Source: Octopus bimaculoides
Taxonomy: Eukaryota
DNA: 48,555 bases
Assembly (NCBI RefSeq): GCF_001194135.2
Contig: NC_068994.1
Span: 16,537,567-16,586,121 of the forward strand
Direction of reading: 5' to 3'
Program-made: the position numbers and the translations under genes
Notes under the pieces: generated by a model
The model's input: the letters and a program-made list of their open reading frames with translations, nothing else
Told to the model about the DNA's origin: nothing
The model's database searches: none
Shown: positions 35,180-47,507 of the stretch, in pieces
Layout: every line of letters starts with the position of its first letter
How positions within the stretch are numbered: position 1 is the stretch's first letter

Positions 35180-36727
35180 ATCGGTAGTTTGATTGCATAT
35201 TTTGTTCACTACTACCATGAAGCAACAGATCTTACATTTAATTAAGTCTCACCTCAAAGAAGACGTATTTCTCCATTCAAAAATGATTAAACTTCCGTGG
35301 AAACAATAAAACATCGTTCGCTATGTTTTGTGAAAACATATTTTGCTTACAGCATGAATCTTATTTCCGTGCAAACAAAAGCTTTTCCTCTATGTTTTAC
35401 GCATTTTATTTCTTGTCACATGATATGCGAAAAATATAAACATCACACAGTGTTCGCAAAAGCACATCTAGAATTATATATTCTATTTGGAAATCCTATT
35501 ACAATATTTCTTTCTGGAGTTAAAATCAGATTGTATTACAGGAGAGATTCTGGTTAGTTACTAATCTTCAGAGGTGCTTAAAGTAGTTATTGCATGTTAG
35601 TTGTGGTTGAGAAGTAAGAACTGAGCAATAAATTTATTTTTTATTAAAAGCTTACAAGAATTTGCTTACAAGAAATGAGCCACAACCGACTTTAAAAAAT
35701 GTTTTAGGGTAGTAAACGGTAAAGAAAACTCTAACGAACGAAATTTTATTGTCTCTTCTTACTGAGCTTAAAGTGTATATATATTAAACCTCAGAATGTT
35801 TTGTCGACATACATAGTTGTGTGTGTGTGTGCACGCGCGCGAAGCAAGTTATATATATCATTTCTTGACAAAAGGAATCAACAGGTGAAATTTTAGGACG
35901 GCGATGATGTCTGCTATTGCTGCCATGTAATGACAGCAATGGTGGTGATGGCCACTGCTACTGGTGGCCGTAGCCGGGTAGTGAATGTTATCTCAGATAT
36001 GTTTCCGTCTCGATTGCCATACGCGAGACGCCAGCTGGCTAAAATATTTCACTTTTATAACCACCTTTACAAAGATGACTTATGAAATATAAAGATCAAA
36101 TGGACACATCTAATTTGTCGACTGAGACCAAATGAAAAAAGGCTTTTGGCTCAAGAGAAATAAAAACAGTAACAAGAACATTAACTAGTGTTTTTCAATG
36201 TAGCTTTGCAGATATGCTGAATTCTGTTTTGTGGGATCACAAGTTCAGGTTTCGAATCTGGCTAGAACTCTTATACACTGTTCCCCGTGCAGAGAGTTGA
36301 CTGCAAAACAACTAAAGAAATAAGGACACAAGGATAACCTCATTCGTAAACTGATAGGGAATAAGCTAACTGTATGGTCATACATAGTTGTTTTGTACAA
36401 AACGAAGGCGACCTGTGGCATAAGAATTCATGCTGGATGTGCTGAGCGTATAGCAAACAATCTTTCTTTATATTTTTCTTGGCTACATAGGTCCTATAAT
36501 TTAAAAGTAGTATAACGATAGGTAAACGACTGAATTAATCAACTCAGGAAATATGGCTTGTATTCCTGGTGGCGGTACCAAGCGAAGTTGACGGGCAATG
36601 ATAACAATTTGGTTGAAATAAGCAATATAACGAAATCAATAGCAAAAACTGCGGACTTTTTTTTTAGATGTGGGGGAAGATCCAACGTAGGATCAGGGGC
36701 GTTCTAAAGTTAAGGTGAGCAAGCGTA

Positions 36728-37579
36728 CGAGGTCTGACCAATAAGTATCCGAACTGTTGCTATAGTAACGAAGCTAAAGTACGCAGAATGAAGCCGTTTG
36801 GCACAGATTGACCTTGAACTTTGCTGTGCATACGCACTAAGTTTTAACGTTCTAACTTACTTCCGCTATTTACAGCAGTGCTTGGAAGGAACGTGTGTAG
36901 CGTATGATCGTCGTATTGACCATGACAGAGAAAGTTGTCATGACGATACCTACTCAGAGGCCTATGCAAGGTTGCAGAAAGTGTATGGAGAAGAGTGTAT
37001 AAGCGAAAAAATGTTGATAGTGACGAACGTTCTGAGAGACCCGCAGACAGCAGAACTGAAAAAAACATCGCAAATGCGCGTGCAACCGTGAGGGGAAGTC
37101 GTCGAATCACCATCCGTGAGTTATCAGAGGATGTGCAGATTAATTATGGTTCAGTTCAGTCCATTATCATTGAAGATTTGGGTATGAGACGCGTGTCTGC
37201 CAAGTTTGTGTCAAAACTGCTTTCAGCTGACCAAAAGGACACTCGGGTTTCAGTTGCACAAGATCTCCTTGATTGTGTTGAGAACGATGAATACTTTTTG
37301 AAATCTTTACGTAGGCCTCTGAGCAGGTATTGCCAAGCTTTTGACAAAATTTGATGGAGATTCTTTGCTGAACTTTCTCTGTCATGGTCAATGCGGCAAT
37401 CAATGGCTATTCACGTTCCTTCCCAGCACTGCTGTAAACAGCGGAAGTGAGCTAGAACGTTAAAACTTAGTGCGCATGTACAGCAGAGTTCAAGGTCAAT
37501 CTGTGCCAAGCGGTTTCACTCTGCGTGCTTTAGCTTCGTTAGTATAGCAACAGTCCGGATACTTATTGATCAGACCACA
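36728..37579 (+). mobile_element. mariner-derived MITE made of two inverted 5' ends
   Basis: TA|cgaggtctgaccaataagt ... acttattgatcagaccaca|TA; about 240-270-bp inverted arms. Left arm continues into N-terminal transposase (RRITIRELSEDVQINYGSVQSIIIEDLGMRRVSAKFVSKLL); right arm encodes MTEKVQQRISIKFCQKLGNTCSEAY on the minus strand. Confidence 0.92.
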
Positions 37580-37877
37580 TATTTAAAAAAAAGGGCGTTG
37601 AGACACATACCAAACAATTTTTAAGTAAATTGACTATACGTTTTATAAAAGGCACCAACTTCGAAAACTGCTCGTTGGGAGCGGTTGGTCTCCTTGCTCC
37701 CCTATTAATAGCTACACCTATTAATTGATTGATTGGAATGTTTTTTTAATTTTTTGCTTTCTCCAAGTTTGTAAAAGCATTCTCAGTACGTTCAGCTAAC
37801 GAAAACATTCCTCAGTTACTCAGTACATTTCCCCTTTGAATTGGTGAAGTGAATCTTCTTGTGCTATCTATTCACAG

Positions 37878-38126
37878 CAGGGCCGGTTTTAAGCCAGTTG
37901 GACAGATTTGTTCAAATTGTGCGCCACGCACACACTCGAGCAAAGGACACTAAGATGAATTTTCATATCATTGTAGCTAATGGTGGAACCTCAAACCATC
38001 GACGCTTTTTGACTGGGGCTGGCGTACTACACGAAGCATGAAACATCAATCTTCAGTTTTTGTAGAGTAGAAGGGCCCCTCTGACAATTCTCTAATTGGG
38101 CCCCGCACTTCCTAGTGCCGGCCCTG
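37878..38126. mobile_element. hAT (Tip100-like) MITE
   Basis: TIRs cagggccgg / ccggccctg; flanks ttcacag / tttatag (degenerate TSD). Confidence 0.7.
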
Positions 38127-38384
38127 TTTATAGTTGCGTGGTCATAGCCTTTGCAAGTTAATTATTTTTATCAGAGTTAAAAACACTTGGTCGGTGAGGA
38201 ATATTTACTGTGCCCTTTTTACTCCAAATGCAAAATATTGTTAAGAATCCTGGAGTTTACGGTCCGAAAGACATTTTCAATCCAAATTCTGGTCGGTCTG
38301 AGTTATTTTGGTTTTCTGCATGCGTTTAACTACATCAATAATGTTCAATAAAATTATATACGATTTATTATATATATTAGTGAT

Positions 38385-38445
38385 TAAGGTTTGGGTTTGG
38401 TTAGGTTTGGGTTTAGGGTTAAGATGGGATTTAAAGTTAGGATTG
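38385..38445 (+). repeat. Degenerate TTAGGG/TTTGGG-like array
   Basis: ttaaggtttgggtttggttaggtttgggtttagggttaagatggg. Confidence 0.7.
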
Positions 38446-39798
38446 GTAACGATTGCAACACTTTTGTTAATTTCAAAAAGTGCCTGATTCCTTAAAAATA
38501 AAGATAGAATAATCTCGGATGGAGAGCTTATTGTTGTGCAGAAAATTTTTTGTAGATGTTCAAAACGTTTACACCAAAACTAAAACGAACTGGATTGTCA
38601 AGAATTTGCTCTAAAAAGTTTGTTTTGGACGAAAATCCGAGATACGCTTATTACTTGTTTCAACTTTTGAAAGGAAAATGAGAATTGAGTTATATGGTAC
38701 ATTTCTACATCGACTGAGTAAAGTTTGGGGAGAGTTGACTGCTATTTCTAGGAAATCGAGCGACTACATAAAGGCTTCTTGAAAATTTAACACACCCACA
38801 TCACACCACTGCATGTGGTCGATTGAGACTGATCCGTTGCTAAACAACGACAAACGTTGCGTGTTAGAATGTGAAGTGTGGCTCTCAGTCAATGATTGAC
38901 ATATCCGGGAGAGAAAAAGAAAATTATCAATTGGTAATAGATGCAGTTATGGAAGTAAGAGCATTATTTGTTAAAACAACAATAAAGCTATCAACATTGG
39001 CAAATTCAGAAACGTAAGCAGACATCACGAAAAATTATAGTGTTATTAAACAAAACACAATATCGAATAATGTTGTGTATGAAACAATTAAAATGAACAC
39101 TATTGTTCAGTCAGACAGGAACAAGGACTTACTCCTACACAATTATTTAGAAAATATTTGCGTGAATATAGGAGTTAATTAACTCAGAAGAAATAAAAAG
39201 AATTGCGAGAAACATATTAATTGAATAAATGAAAGAGGAAACATGACAACTGAATTAATGAACTGAGAAGACTGACAAAATGAAAATAACAGATTTTTCT
39301 TGTTTTTTTAGTAAAGAAAACAAAATAGAAGGAAAGAATCCAAGGAAATGAGAAAAAAACAGAAAAGAAAAGAAGTGAAAGAAAATACAAAATCGAAATT
39401 CCTGAGGAAATTTTTAAAATCAGACAGTAGGAGTACCGTGAGAAATTGTGTCAGAATATGGAAGGAAATATTATGGTTAAATAGAGATTAAGATTAAATA
39501 CGATATGCGCGAAAGAGAATTGTAAGGATCAAATCAAAGAGGGTTTAAAATGTAATGGTAGGTTGTGATGAAAGAGAAATAATAGAGCGCTTAATATGCA
39601 AAGGGTAAAGTAGGCAAAGAAGAAGATATACGTGATGTAAAGACCCAGAACTGAAGATGCATGAAAGCATATAGAAATGAGGAGAGAAACAGACAGAGAA
39701 AGAAATAGAGCTGGGTTTTTAAATGTCTTGTACACAAATGATGTGCTCACTAGAGAGCGATGTGGGCAGGTAACGATGAAATCACGGAGTTATGAATC

Positions 39799-41027
39799 TG
39801 TAGTGAAACCTCTCTCTCGGGCATTCAATCATAAATGATAACGAAGCTGCTAACATCTAGCCTTCGGTTGCCTTGGACCCTTCTGTCCACCATCCTGATT
39901 GGTTCTTATTTGTGCGGCAATTGTCCCCATGTTCTGCTTGCTAAGGGGGCATTACGTCCAATCGTGGCTTTGTGATAAGGTCACGTGAGATAGAGTTTTT
40001 CTGGGTTTCCGGTGAGCCCTATTTCAGCTATAAATAAGCCCGATCCAACGNNNNNNNNNNNNNNNNNNNNNNNNNNNNNNNNNNNNNNNNNNNNNNNNNN
40101 NNNNNNNNNNNNNNNNNNNNNNNNNNNNNNNNNNNNNNNNNNNNNNNNNNNNNNNNNNNNNNNNNNNNNNNNNNNNNNNNNNNNNNNNNNNNNNNNNNNN
40201 NNNNNNNNNNNNNNNNNNNNNNNNNNNNNNNNNNNNNNNNNNNNNNNNNNNNNNNNNNNNNNNNNNNNNNNNNNNNNNNNNNNNNNNNNNNNNNNNNNNN
40301 NNNNNNNNNNNNNNNNNNNNNNNNNNNNNNNNNNNNNNNNNNNNNNNNNNNNNNNNNNNNNNNNNNNNNNNNNNNNNNNNNNNNNNNNNNNNNNNNNNNN
40401 NNNNNNNNNNNNNNNNNNNACCACGAGCAAGTTAGAACTAACCAGCGAGAATATTCCGTATCAGGTAAACGGTCACAGCATTCGACGCTCAACACACATA
40501 GTGTGATACCACAGCTCTGCTACTTGGCCACAACTTCCTGCGTATGAACATTCTATCTCCTTGTGTAACTCTAATACGAACTGATATTTCTCTATCTCAG
40601 TGTTTGAGACTTGTAGTCTATGTTACAGACACTCTTTCTATGTTTTGTGTGCCTCTCATTCACACGCACACTTGTACTCTCACATATTGTACACACACTA
40701 TTGCTTATACGACTGTCCGTTACTTCACATTGTTGTATACATTCTCTTGTACACGAAGGCCTGACTTATCTACGGTGTTATTTATGTATGTCGCATGCAC
40801 GCACACAGACACAAACAGTTCCACTATGTTAATAAACTTACTCTCTCTATATATATATATCGGTTGTCTGTCCTAAGTTCTTTTACTGGCACTATGGCTC
40901 GTATCTCTCACGACGAGCCTTCTATCTTATATATCTTATTTTGTGTTCGACCATGCGACATGGTAAAAAGGAGCCTTTTTCCGTCTACGTCGCCATCTCC
41001 TTTGGTTCGCACGGTCGAATTATTACA
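39799..41027 (+). mobile_element. Gypsy/Ty3-type solo LTR (gap inside)
   Basis: AATC|TGTAG ... TTACA|AATC: perfect 4-bp TSD and TG..CA termini; TATAAATA at 40030, AATAAA at 40831. Confidence 0.88.
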
Positions 41028-41924
41028 AATCTGTGGATCGCCTCGTCATTCGGCCGACTACCTAAATGCAGTGCCGTTTTTTTCACTTCAGTGCACTGGG
41101 CCCTATAGTATTTATTTACTGACAGCAAGCCGTGGTATATATAGATTAGATGTTGGCCCCGTAGCTACTGCCCAGTGTGTCTATGCCGTAAAAACGGCAT
41201 TCTACATGCTATAGATTTGGCCAACGACGACAGACCTGGAGTTGCGTAATAGTAAGAACGAATCAGTTTTATAACAGCGTGCAAAAAACTTGACGTCCAT
41301 TATTGGCAAATTAGAAAATATCTTGAAATGAAAATGGTACATGCAACACGTTTCTCAGTATGGAAAGTGTTATATCATAATTCCTTCATCAAATCGCCTC
41401 CAATGTTTTACTGATTCTTTATTTTGTTAACGTATGATGTCACTGGATCTTTATAGAAGTCATTAGTTCGGTGGAATTAAAGAATGTGTCCGCATGAGCA
41501 GTTATGTCCTATTTGATGCAAAAATAGATGTTTGATAATAACTCTGCTTTAGTTCTCTTTTTTTTTTTCTCTCTCTTTCGACCATAGTAGATCTAGATGT
41601 TGTGACAGAGTAGATATCTCTAGCTCGTTTAATCTCACAATCTAGATTAGGATATATTTTAGTTCATTGATAATGCTAACTATATGTCATTGGAAAGATC
41701 TTAATCTTCCCTAGACTCTACTGTTTCTTTTGCGTTAGCACACCACCCCTCCCTTTCTTTCTTTTTTTAATCCGTTTGGGGAAAGTAGTAGTGAGAAAAA
41801 AAAAGTATACAAGCATGAGTAAATGACGGTGTGTGTGTGGTGCAGTAATATTTGCTTTTTTTAACTTTTTCAGTCATTTGACTGCGGCCATGCTGGGGCG
41901 CCACCGTCAAGGGTTTTATATATA

Positions 41925-42503
41925 AATGGAACAAAAACGCAATAGAGGACAATAAAGCATCCGGACAGATAGACGATACAATTAGAGGGACAGGAATGGA
42001 CGTGTCATTCGTGGCGTTCTTTCGTCAGTCAAGTTACCAGATGTCGTTACAGTTTCGGGCAGTTACACTTGAGACTGTTCGATCTGGTTGCCCGCCAAAA
42101 AGTTTAAGCTAAGAGCATTAGATTTTTTGTAAGAAAGCAAGCGAATGTTTATGACAGCAAAGACAAAAACGGAGAACATGTTACACAGTTACAAATACAA
42201 ACAACAAGAATATAACAACGGGTGTCTTTCGACTGAGGACGAATCAAATTGAGGAGGCGTGTATAAAGTGAAAGCCTTAAGGCAGGTACAAAGGAGATGG
42301 ACTTTTGGTGGGGGGGGGGCATCCAGATCGAACAGACTCAAGTGTAACTTCCTGAAACTATAAGGACATCAGGTGACTTGACTGACAAAAGAGCGTCACG
42401 AATGACCCGTCCTTTCCTGTCCCTCTAATTGTTGTTTTTCCTGTCCGCCTTGTATCGTCTATCTGTCCACATGTTTTATTGTCCTCTTTTGCGTTTTTGT
42501 TCC

Positions 42504-42506
<3 letters not shown>
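41925..42506. mobile_element. Foldback element with about 180-200-bp inverted arms, flanked by (TA)n
   Basis: aatggaacaaaaacgca...ccaaaaag (41925-42102) versus cttttgg...gcgtttttgttccatt (42302-42506); TA runs on both sides; adjacent to a SINE tail fragment at 41858-41915. Confidence 0.85.
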
Positions 42507-42540
<34 letters not shown>

Positions 42541-43169
42541 TTAGCGGTATTTCGTCTGTCTATATATATATATATATATATATATCATTGTTTATTTGAA
42601 CAGCAGCTTGGTCATTTCCTTATAGCGTGTACTTGATGACGTACATAATTGACCTCACTGAGGCAACGGTTTCTACGTTGCTGTGGTATTTGAATGCTCT
42701 TAAAAGAGTTTCATTATAAGGTACAAACCCATTCGTTGTTGTTTGCTTTTCCATTCTTATGAGATTCAACTCCTCCCATTGCAACTGATCTTCGTCTACG
42801 AAGAGATGGTCTCTCTGTCTCTTTTTCTGCCTTTTGATTAAGATGATAAAGATTATTTTATTTTAAATAAAATAGTGATTTTCCCTTTAAGAAAAAAATC
42901 AAGTACCCGTGATTCAAAAATATCTCATAAAAATATAGGAAGAATTTCTACCTTTCAAGTCCACAGCACTCCGAAAGTTGTGTAAAGGATTAAGGGAAGA
43001 AAAAAGAAAGCAGGAAGAAAAGACGGACAGACGACGCCTCTTTGTAGTGTCGATATTTTCAACTTTTCTTATTTTTACTTAAAGGGAGAAATGGCTATTT
43101 TATTTGTAATCTTTATCATCTTAATCAAATGACAGGAAAACAGACAAACTTTGAGTTTGTGTAATATAT

Positions 43170-43385
43170 TCTTTTATTTGTTTCAGTCATTCGACTGTTG
43201 CCATGCTGGAGCACCGCCTTTAGTCGAGCAGATCGACTCTAGGACTTATTCTTTGTAAGCCTAGTACTTATTCTATCGACCGCTAAGTTACGGGGACGTA
43301 AACACACCAGCATCGGTTGCCAAGCAATGTTAGAGGGGACAAACACACACACACAAACATACACACACACACAAACATACACACA

Positions 43386-43443
<58 letters not shown>

Positions 43444-43541
43444 GACGGGCTTCTTTCAGTTTCCGTCTACCAAATCCCCTCACAAGGCTTTGGTCGGCCC
43501 AAGTCTATAGTAGAAGACACTTGCCTAAAGTGCCACGCAGT
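43170..43541 (-). mobile_element. SINE family B (head truncated)
   Basis: Family B tail and body with an internal (TA)n. Confidence 0.92.
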
Positions 43542-43614
43542 TACTTACCATGCAGTCATGCTTGTGCATATATATGCATTTTCTAAATTACTCTCTTCAG
43601 AACACCAATATTCT

Positions 43615-44014
43615 CTTTTACTCTTTTACTTGTTTCAGTCATTTGACTGCGGCCATGCTGGAGCACCGCCTTTAGTCGAGCATATCGACCCCATGACTTA
43701 TTCTTTGTAAGCTTAGTACTTACTCTATCGGTCTCTTTTGCCGAACCGCTAAGTTACGGGGACATAAACACACCACCATCGGTTGTCAAGCGATGTTGGT
43801 GGGGGGGGAGACAAACACACAAAAATATATATACATATACATATATACGACGGGCTTCTTTCAGTTTCTGTCTACCAAATCCACTCACAAGGCTTTGGTC
43901 GGCCCGAGGCTATATAGTAGAAGACACTTGCCCAAGGTGCCTCGTAGTGGGAGTGAACCCGGAACCATGTGGTTGGTAAGCAAGCTACTTACCACACAGC
44001 CACTCCTGCGCCTA
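43615..44014 (-). mobile_element. SINE family B, full length, about 200 nt upstream of exon 3
   Basis: cttttacttgtttcagtcatttgactgc...accacacagccactcctgcgccta. Confidence 0.93.
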
Positions 44015-44217
44015 TATTGAAAATTGTGATGTGTTCTCAGAAATTAAGATTGAGATGCTCTTATAATGAAATATCAAATTTGAATTCGAATTCATGTTGA
44101 AATTCCATAGTCTAATAAACAAACTCAAATAAAATTAAATAACAGAAAATATTTCATCGACCTGAATTCAGACATTTCTTTTCTTGAAACCTAATGAATT
44201 TCGATAATTTATTTCAG

Positions 44218-44430
44218 ATCCTTGCAAACAACCTGGAAGGATTGCTTATCGTGAGGTTTTTTCCTGTGCTGCCTACTATAAATGTAAAAACGGGACACGG
44301 GAAAGTCAACGTACTTGTTGCGAAGATCGTTACAGATTTGATGAAATTTCACAGGAATGTGTGGAAGATGAACTGTGTCGTTCCAACTGTCACAGCAAAA
44401 TTACTCTTGTGTCAGACAGTCCACCGCTAA
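44218..44430 (+). CDS. Coding exon 3: second Cys-rich chitin-binding-like module
   Basis: ttatttcag|ATCCTTGC...CCGCTAA|gtaagt; 213 nt, phase 1-1, open. (D)PCKQPGRIAYREVFSCAAYYKCKNGTRESQRTCCEDRYRFDEISQECVEDELCRSNCHSKITLVSDSPPL has the C..YY.C.NG....CC...F.....C.....C...C spacing of the second Pif-family module. Missed by the ORF track, which shows another frame. Confidence 0.92.
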   Translation: MLANNLEGLLIVRFFPVLPTINVKTGHGKVNVLVAKIVTDLMKFHRNVWKMNCVVPTVTAKLLLCQTVHR

Positions 44431-45723
44431 GTAAGTTTTTATAACTATCTTTGTAGTATATTTAATGTATATAAACATGTAACTCTGCGTGTTGTTGGTT
44501 GGTTATGCTTGTGAGGCTGCGTGTAATTGAAACAAAAACACCGTTCCGACATTAAATGAGATTTTATTTACGCCGCACAAGTCATACTGAAGTTGGTCCT
44601 GAATTACAAAAATCTTCACATAGAGTCGACATGATGTAAGAAACATATTGCAACATGTACGGTTAGCTAAATACAAATACTGAGTACTGAGGCTGGGTTA
44701 TACATACACAGGAATGTATATACACCTCGCTTCGTATCTGCCATCATGTAACACATATCAAGGTGAGAATGCAGTCGTTAGAAGCACAGAGAGAGAAGGG
44801 AGACCGCAGCTTCGCAGATACTGGAGTTTGAATTATAAACTTATTACCGAGAACAATCTAGAAGGATGAAAACCGGTTGATGATTGACTGATAACTCGCC
44901 TTCACACGTAAATGAGTCGGGCGAGGTTGTGGTTTGAAATCCGTAATGTGGTGACTCGGGTTCAAGTCTCGCTATACACACTGTTGAAAGGCAATTGTGC
45001 TGTGTTTAAAAACACAACATATATCAGAAGGTTATGAAAAATCGTCCTGTCGACAGCTAACAAGAACGATAGGGACATTTCGGCAGTCCAATAACCGAAA
45101 GAAGTAAAAGATAAAAAGATACTTTAAGGGGAGAAAAAATATCGTCTCGGCAACAGCCAACGAGAATGCCCTCTCCAATGTATATATAGATGGATATGTT
45201 GTGGAGCCATCTAATGTGACTCTACTCAGAAGGCTGTAATATTATTTGATAGGAACACGGTATAAAGAAATACATGGAACAAGGCGGTAACTTTAAATAC
45301 CTTTAATGTGGCCACACGTATATATACAAGCTGAATGATAAATGAAAATGGTTTGATGCGTAGAAGCCATTGTCTTCTCCTGTGCTCCTGACTGCTAACT
45401 GGCGTGTGATGTGAGAGAGAGACTAGACTGTCCGATGTCTTGGTGAGAAAAGAGGAAGAGATGAGTCTCTGAACCTTAATGTTGCGCAATGCCCTCTTTT
45501 TTTTTTTTTCGACTAATTACTTTTAGTAGAGTTCATTCTGTTGTATAGGTTTGGACCAAGTCTCTGCTTTGAAGATAACTTCCTCCCTGCCTTCCACCAG
45601 CCTCAAGCATTCTGAAGAAAATAAAGGGTCGTGGGCGTGTCTAACTAAATGATAACAAGAAATAACTTTCAGATAACCTTACCCAGCTATCTCACCTATC
45701 TATAAATAAGTATCACGTATTAA

Positions 45724-45943
45724 AATATTGGTTTGAAATTTTGGCACAAGGACAGCAATTTCGGAGGCGTGTATAAGTCGATTACATCGACCCCAATCCT
45801 CCACTGGAACTTATTTTATCGACCCTGGAAGGATGAAAGGAAAAGTCAACCTCGGCAGAATTTGAACTCAGAGCATAAAGACGGACGAAATGCCACCATG
45901 CCTTTTGTCCGGCGCAGTTACGATTCTGCTAGCTCATCGCCTT
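45724..45943 (-). mobile_element. SINE family A
   Basis: ggtttgaaattttggcacaagg...cgattctgctagctcatcgcctt. Confidence 0.88.
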
Positions 45944-46748
45944 CACATGATAAAATATTAGCTATTCTGTAAGATGAATAAGAAAATTCTTATATTTCGG
46001 TATCGGAGAGAGATGAGTTGTTTGGTTTCTCTGTCAAATGATGCTATCTCAAATGTTAGAGTGTTCTTCTTGATCATGATATAAAATTTATTCCACTTTT
46101 TAAACTATTTGTAATTACTGTTTGCCGACTCATGTATCAACTAATTTCTATAAATTCTGTTGTTTTACTTAATAGAATATAGGCTAGAAAAAGCTCCGTC
46201 AACATACACTGCGAGGGCGCAATCTCTTGACATCTGAAATATTTATCTCATCTCTTAGATCGGAAGTTCCCGGCAAGAACTTTGTAAAAATGATTTTCTT
46301 CGTATACTATTATTAGTGCTGATTTATATCGAGTAAAGACTGTTTTAATATTCATCTACCCTGTTCCAAGAGTGACAGAATCTGTAACTGAATAAAATTG
46401 AAAGACAAACTGTTGAAATTTACACCAATTTCTGAGGCATTATTTTGAGAAGAAACATTACAAATATACTTTTTGATTGTCTATCTCTCAAAAAGATGAC
46501 GTTGTTGATTTCAAAAAAAGTGAGCGGAGAGTTTTGCGTATCCTGCAGTTACCAGATTCAATGTCTTGATTGGATCCTTCCTCAGTTTTAACCAGGAGCA
46601 TTTAATTGTTCCACCAAATGAACTAACTACTCGTTTATTAAAATGTAATTGACTAAGTGATTCACAAATACCTGTACCGTTCAAACAGTTCTCTGGTTGA
46701 ATCAACATGACATAGTATGTGACTAGGCTACACTTTGAATTATAAGTA

Positions 46749-46998
46749 TGTAGTGGCGCGAAATTATAGCGGCCATTGAGGAAGTACTATTCTGCGCATG
46801 CGCAGGGGACTTCACCACCGGAAGCCCCTCGAGTTGCGCATGCGTAGTAAAACTCGTACTTAAACAGTGAGTTTCACTTTCTCAGCGAGTTGAGCCTCAG
46901 ACCTTCTACGTGACAACACCTCACTCCTCCACGAAGCACTTTTACACTGTTCTCTGGCAGGCATCAAGGAAGACCATAACCTTCCAATACCAACTACA
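46749..46998 (+). promoter_or_regulatory. 250-bp LTR-like element carrying two NRF1-type palindromes around an ETS motif
   Basis: TGTAGT...ACTACA termini (no clean TSD, no AATAAA); TGCGCATGCGCA 46793-46804, CCGGAAG 46818-46824, TGCGCATGCGTA 46835-46846. Confidence 0.5.
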
Positions 46999-47507
46999 AC
47001 TTAATCAGCGGCTGCTAAGCTGAATGACATGAATTGTGAAACCAAGCATCATCATAAATAAAACCTTTTTATTATGTTGTTAATTGTTCTAATGTCTCTT
47101 CATATATAATACTGTTGAAAGGTGATAGAGAGAGACTAAAGTCTCTATTACAACTATCATACCTATTTACAAGTACAACCTTTCTGACTTGCTTCCACGC
47201 AGCTTCAGTCTCCTCAATGTCATTCACAAGCTACTTGGATCGACTCAAGACTGCAGGGTCAAGCAGAAAAAATTCCATTTGCTCAAGATGCTACGCAGTG
47301 GTTCGAGAAGATTCGAATCCAGGATTTCATGATTCTGAAGCGAACTTCCCAATGACTCTTCCATCCTAGCAAACGGTCTCTCTTCGCATACAAACATATT
47401 TGCATATATTAAACTCATATTAAAGCACGTACATTTATAAAATGCAACAGTACACAACGAAACATGTGAAATGAATAATATATAATATATTTTTTTTTAA
47501 TTTTCAG

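Larger units (their letters stand above)
4122..40419. other. Assembly gaps (N runs) at 4122-4398, 5792-6635, 8935-9371, 13107-13588, 18381-18947, 20195-21107, 27224-27250, 28339-28528, 33288-33298, 40051-40419
   Basis: Direct observation; several abut microsatellites or repeats. Confidence 0.99.

Noticed and set aside
39040-39790. Purine-rich stretch with a possible LINE C-terminal CCHC remnant (GCDEREIIERLIC)
   Set aside because: A single weak motif with many stops; not supportable without a profile search.
4001-40506. Long ORFs in the track containing X runs (e.g. 5731-6660, 8825-9446, 13050-13757, 18310-19030, 20184-21194, 39981-40506)
   Set aside because: They are open only because N gaps contain no stop codons.
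3413-43710. ORFs rich in HT/YI/CV/MY dipeptides or poly-L/I/F (e.g. 3413-3745, 15643-15965, 16364-16598, 27013-27677, 29240-29645, 43283-43710)
   Set aside because: Translations of microsatellites and SINE bodies; the same pseudo-peptides recur at each SINE copy.
44194-44430. ORF-track peptide MNFDNLFQILANN...
   Set aside because: Wrong frame; the Cys-rich frame defined by the splice sites is the one that fits the gene.
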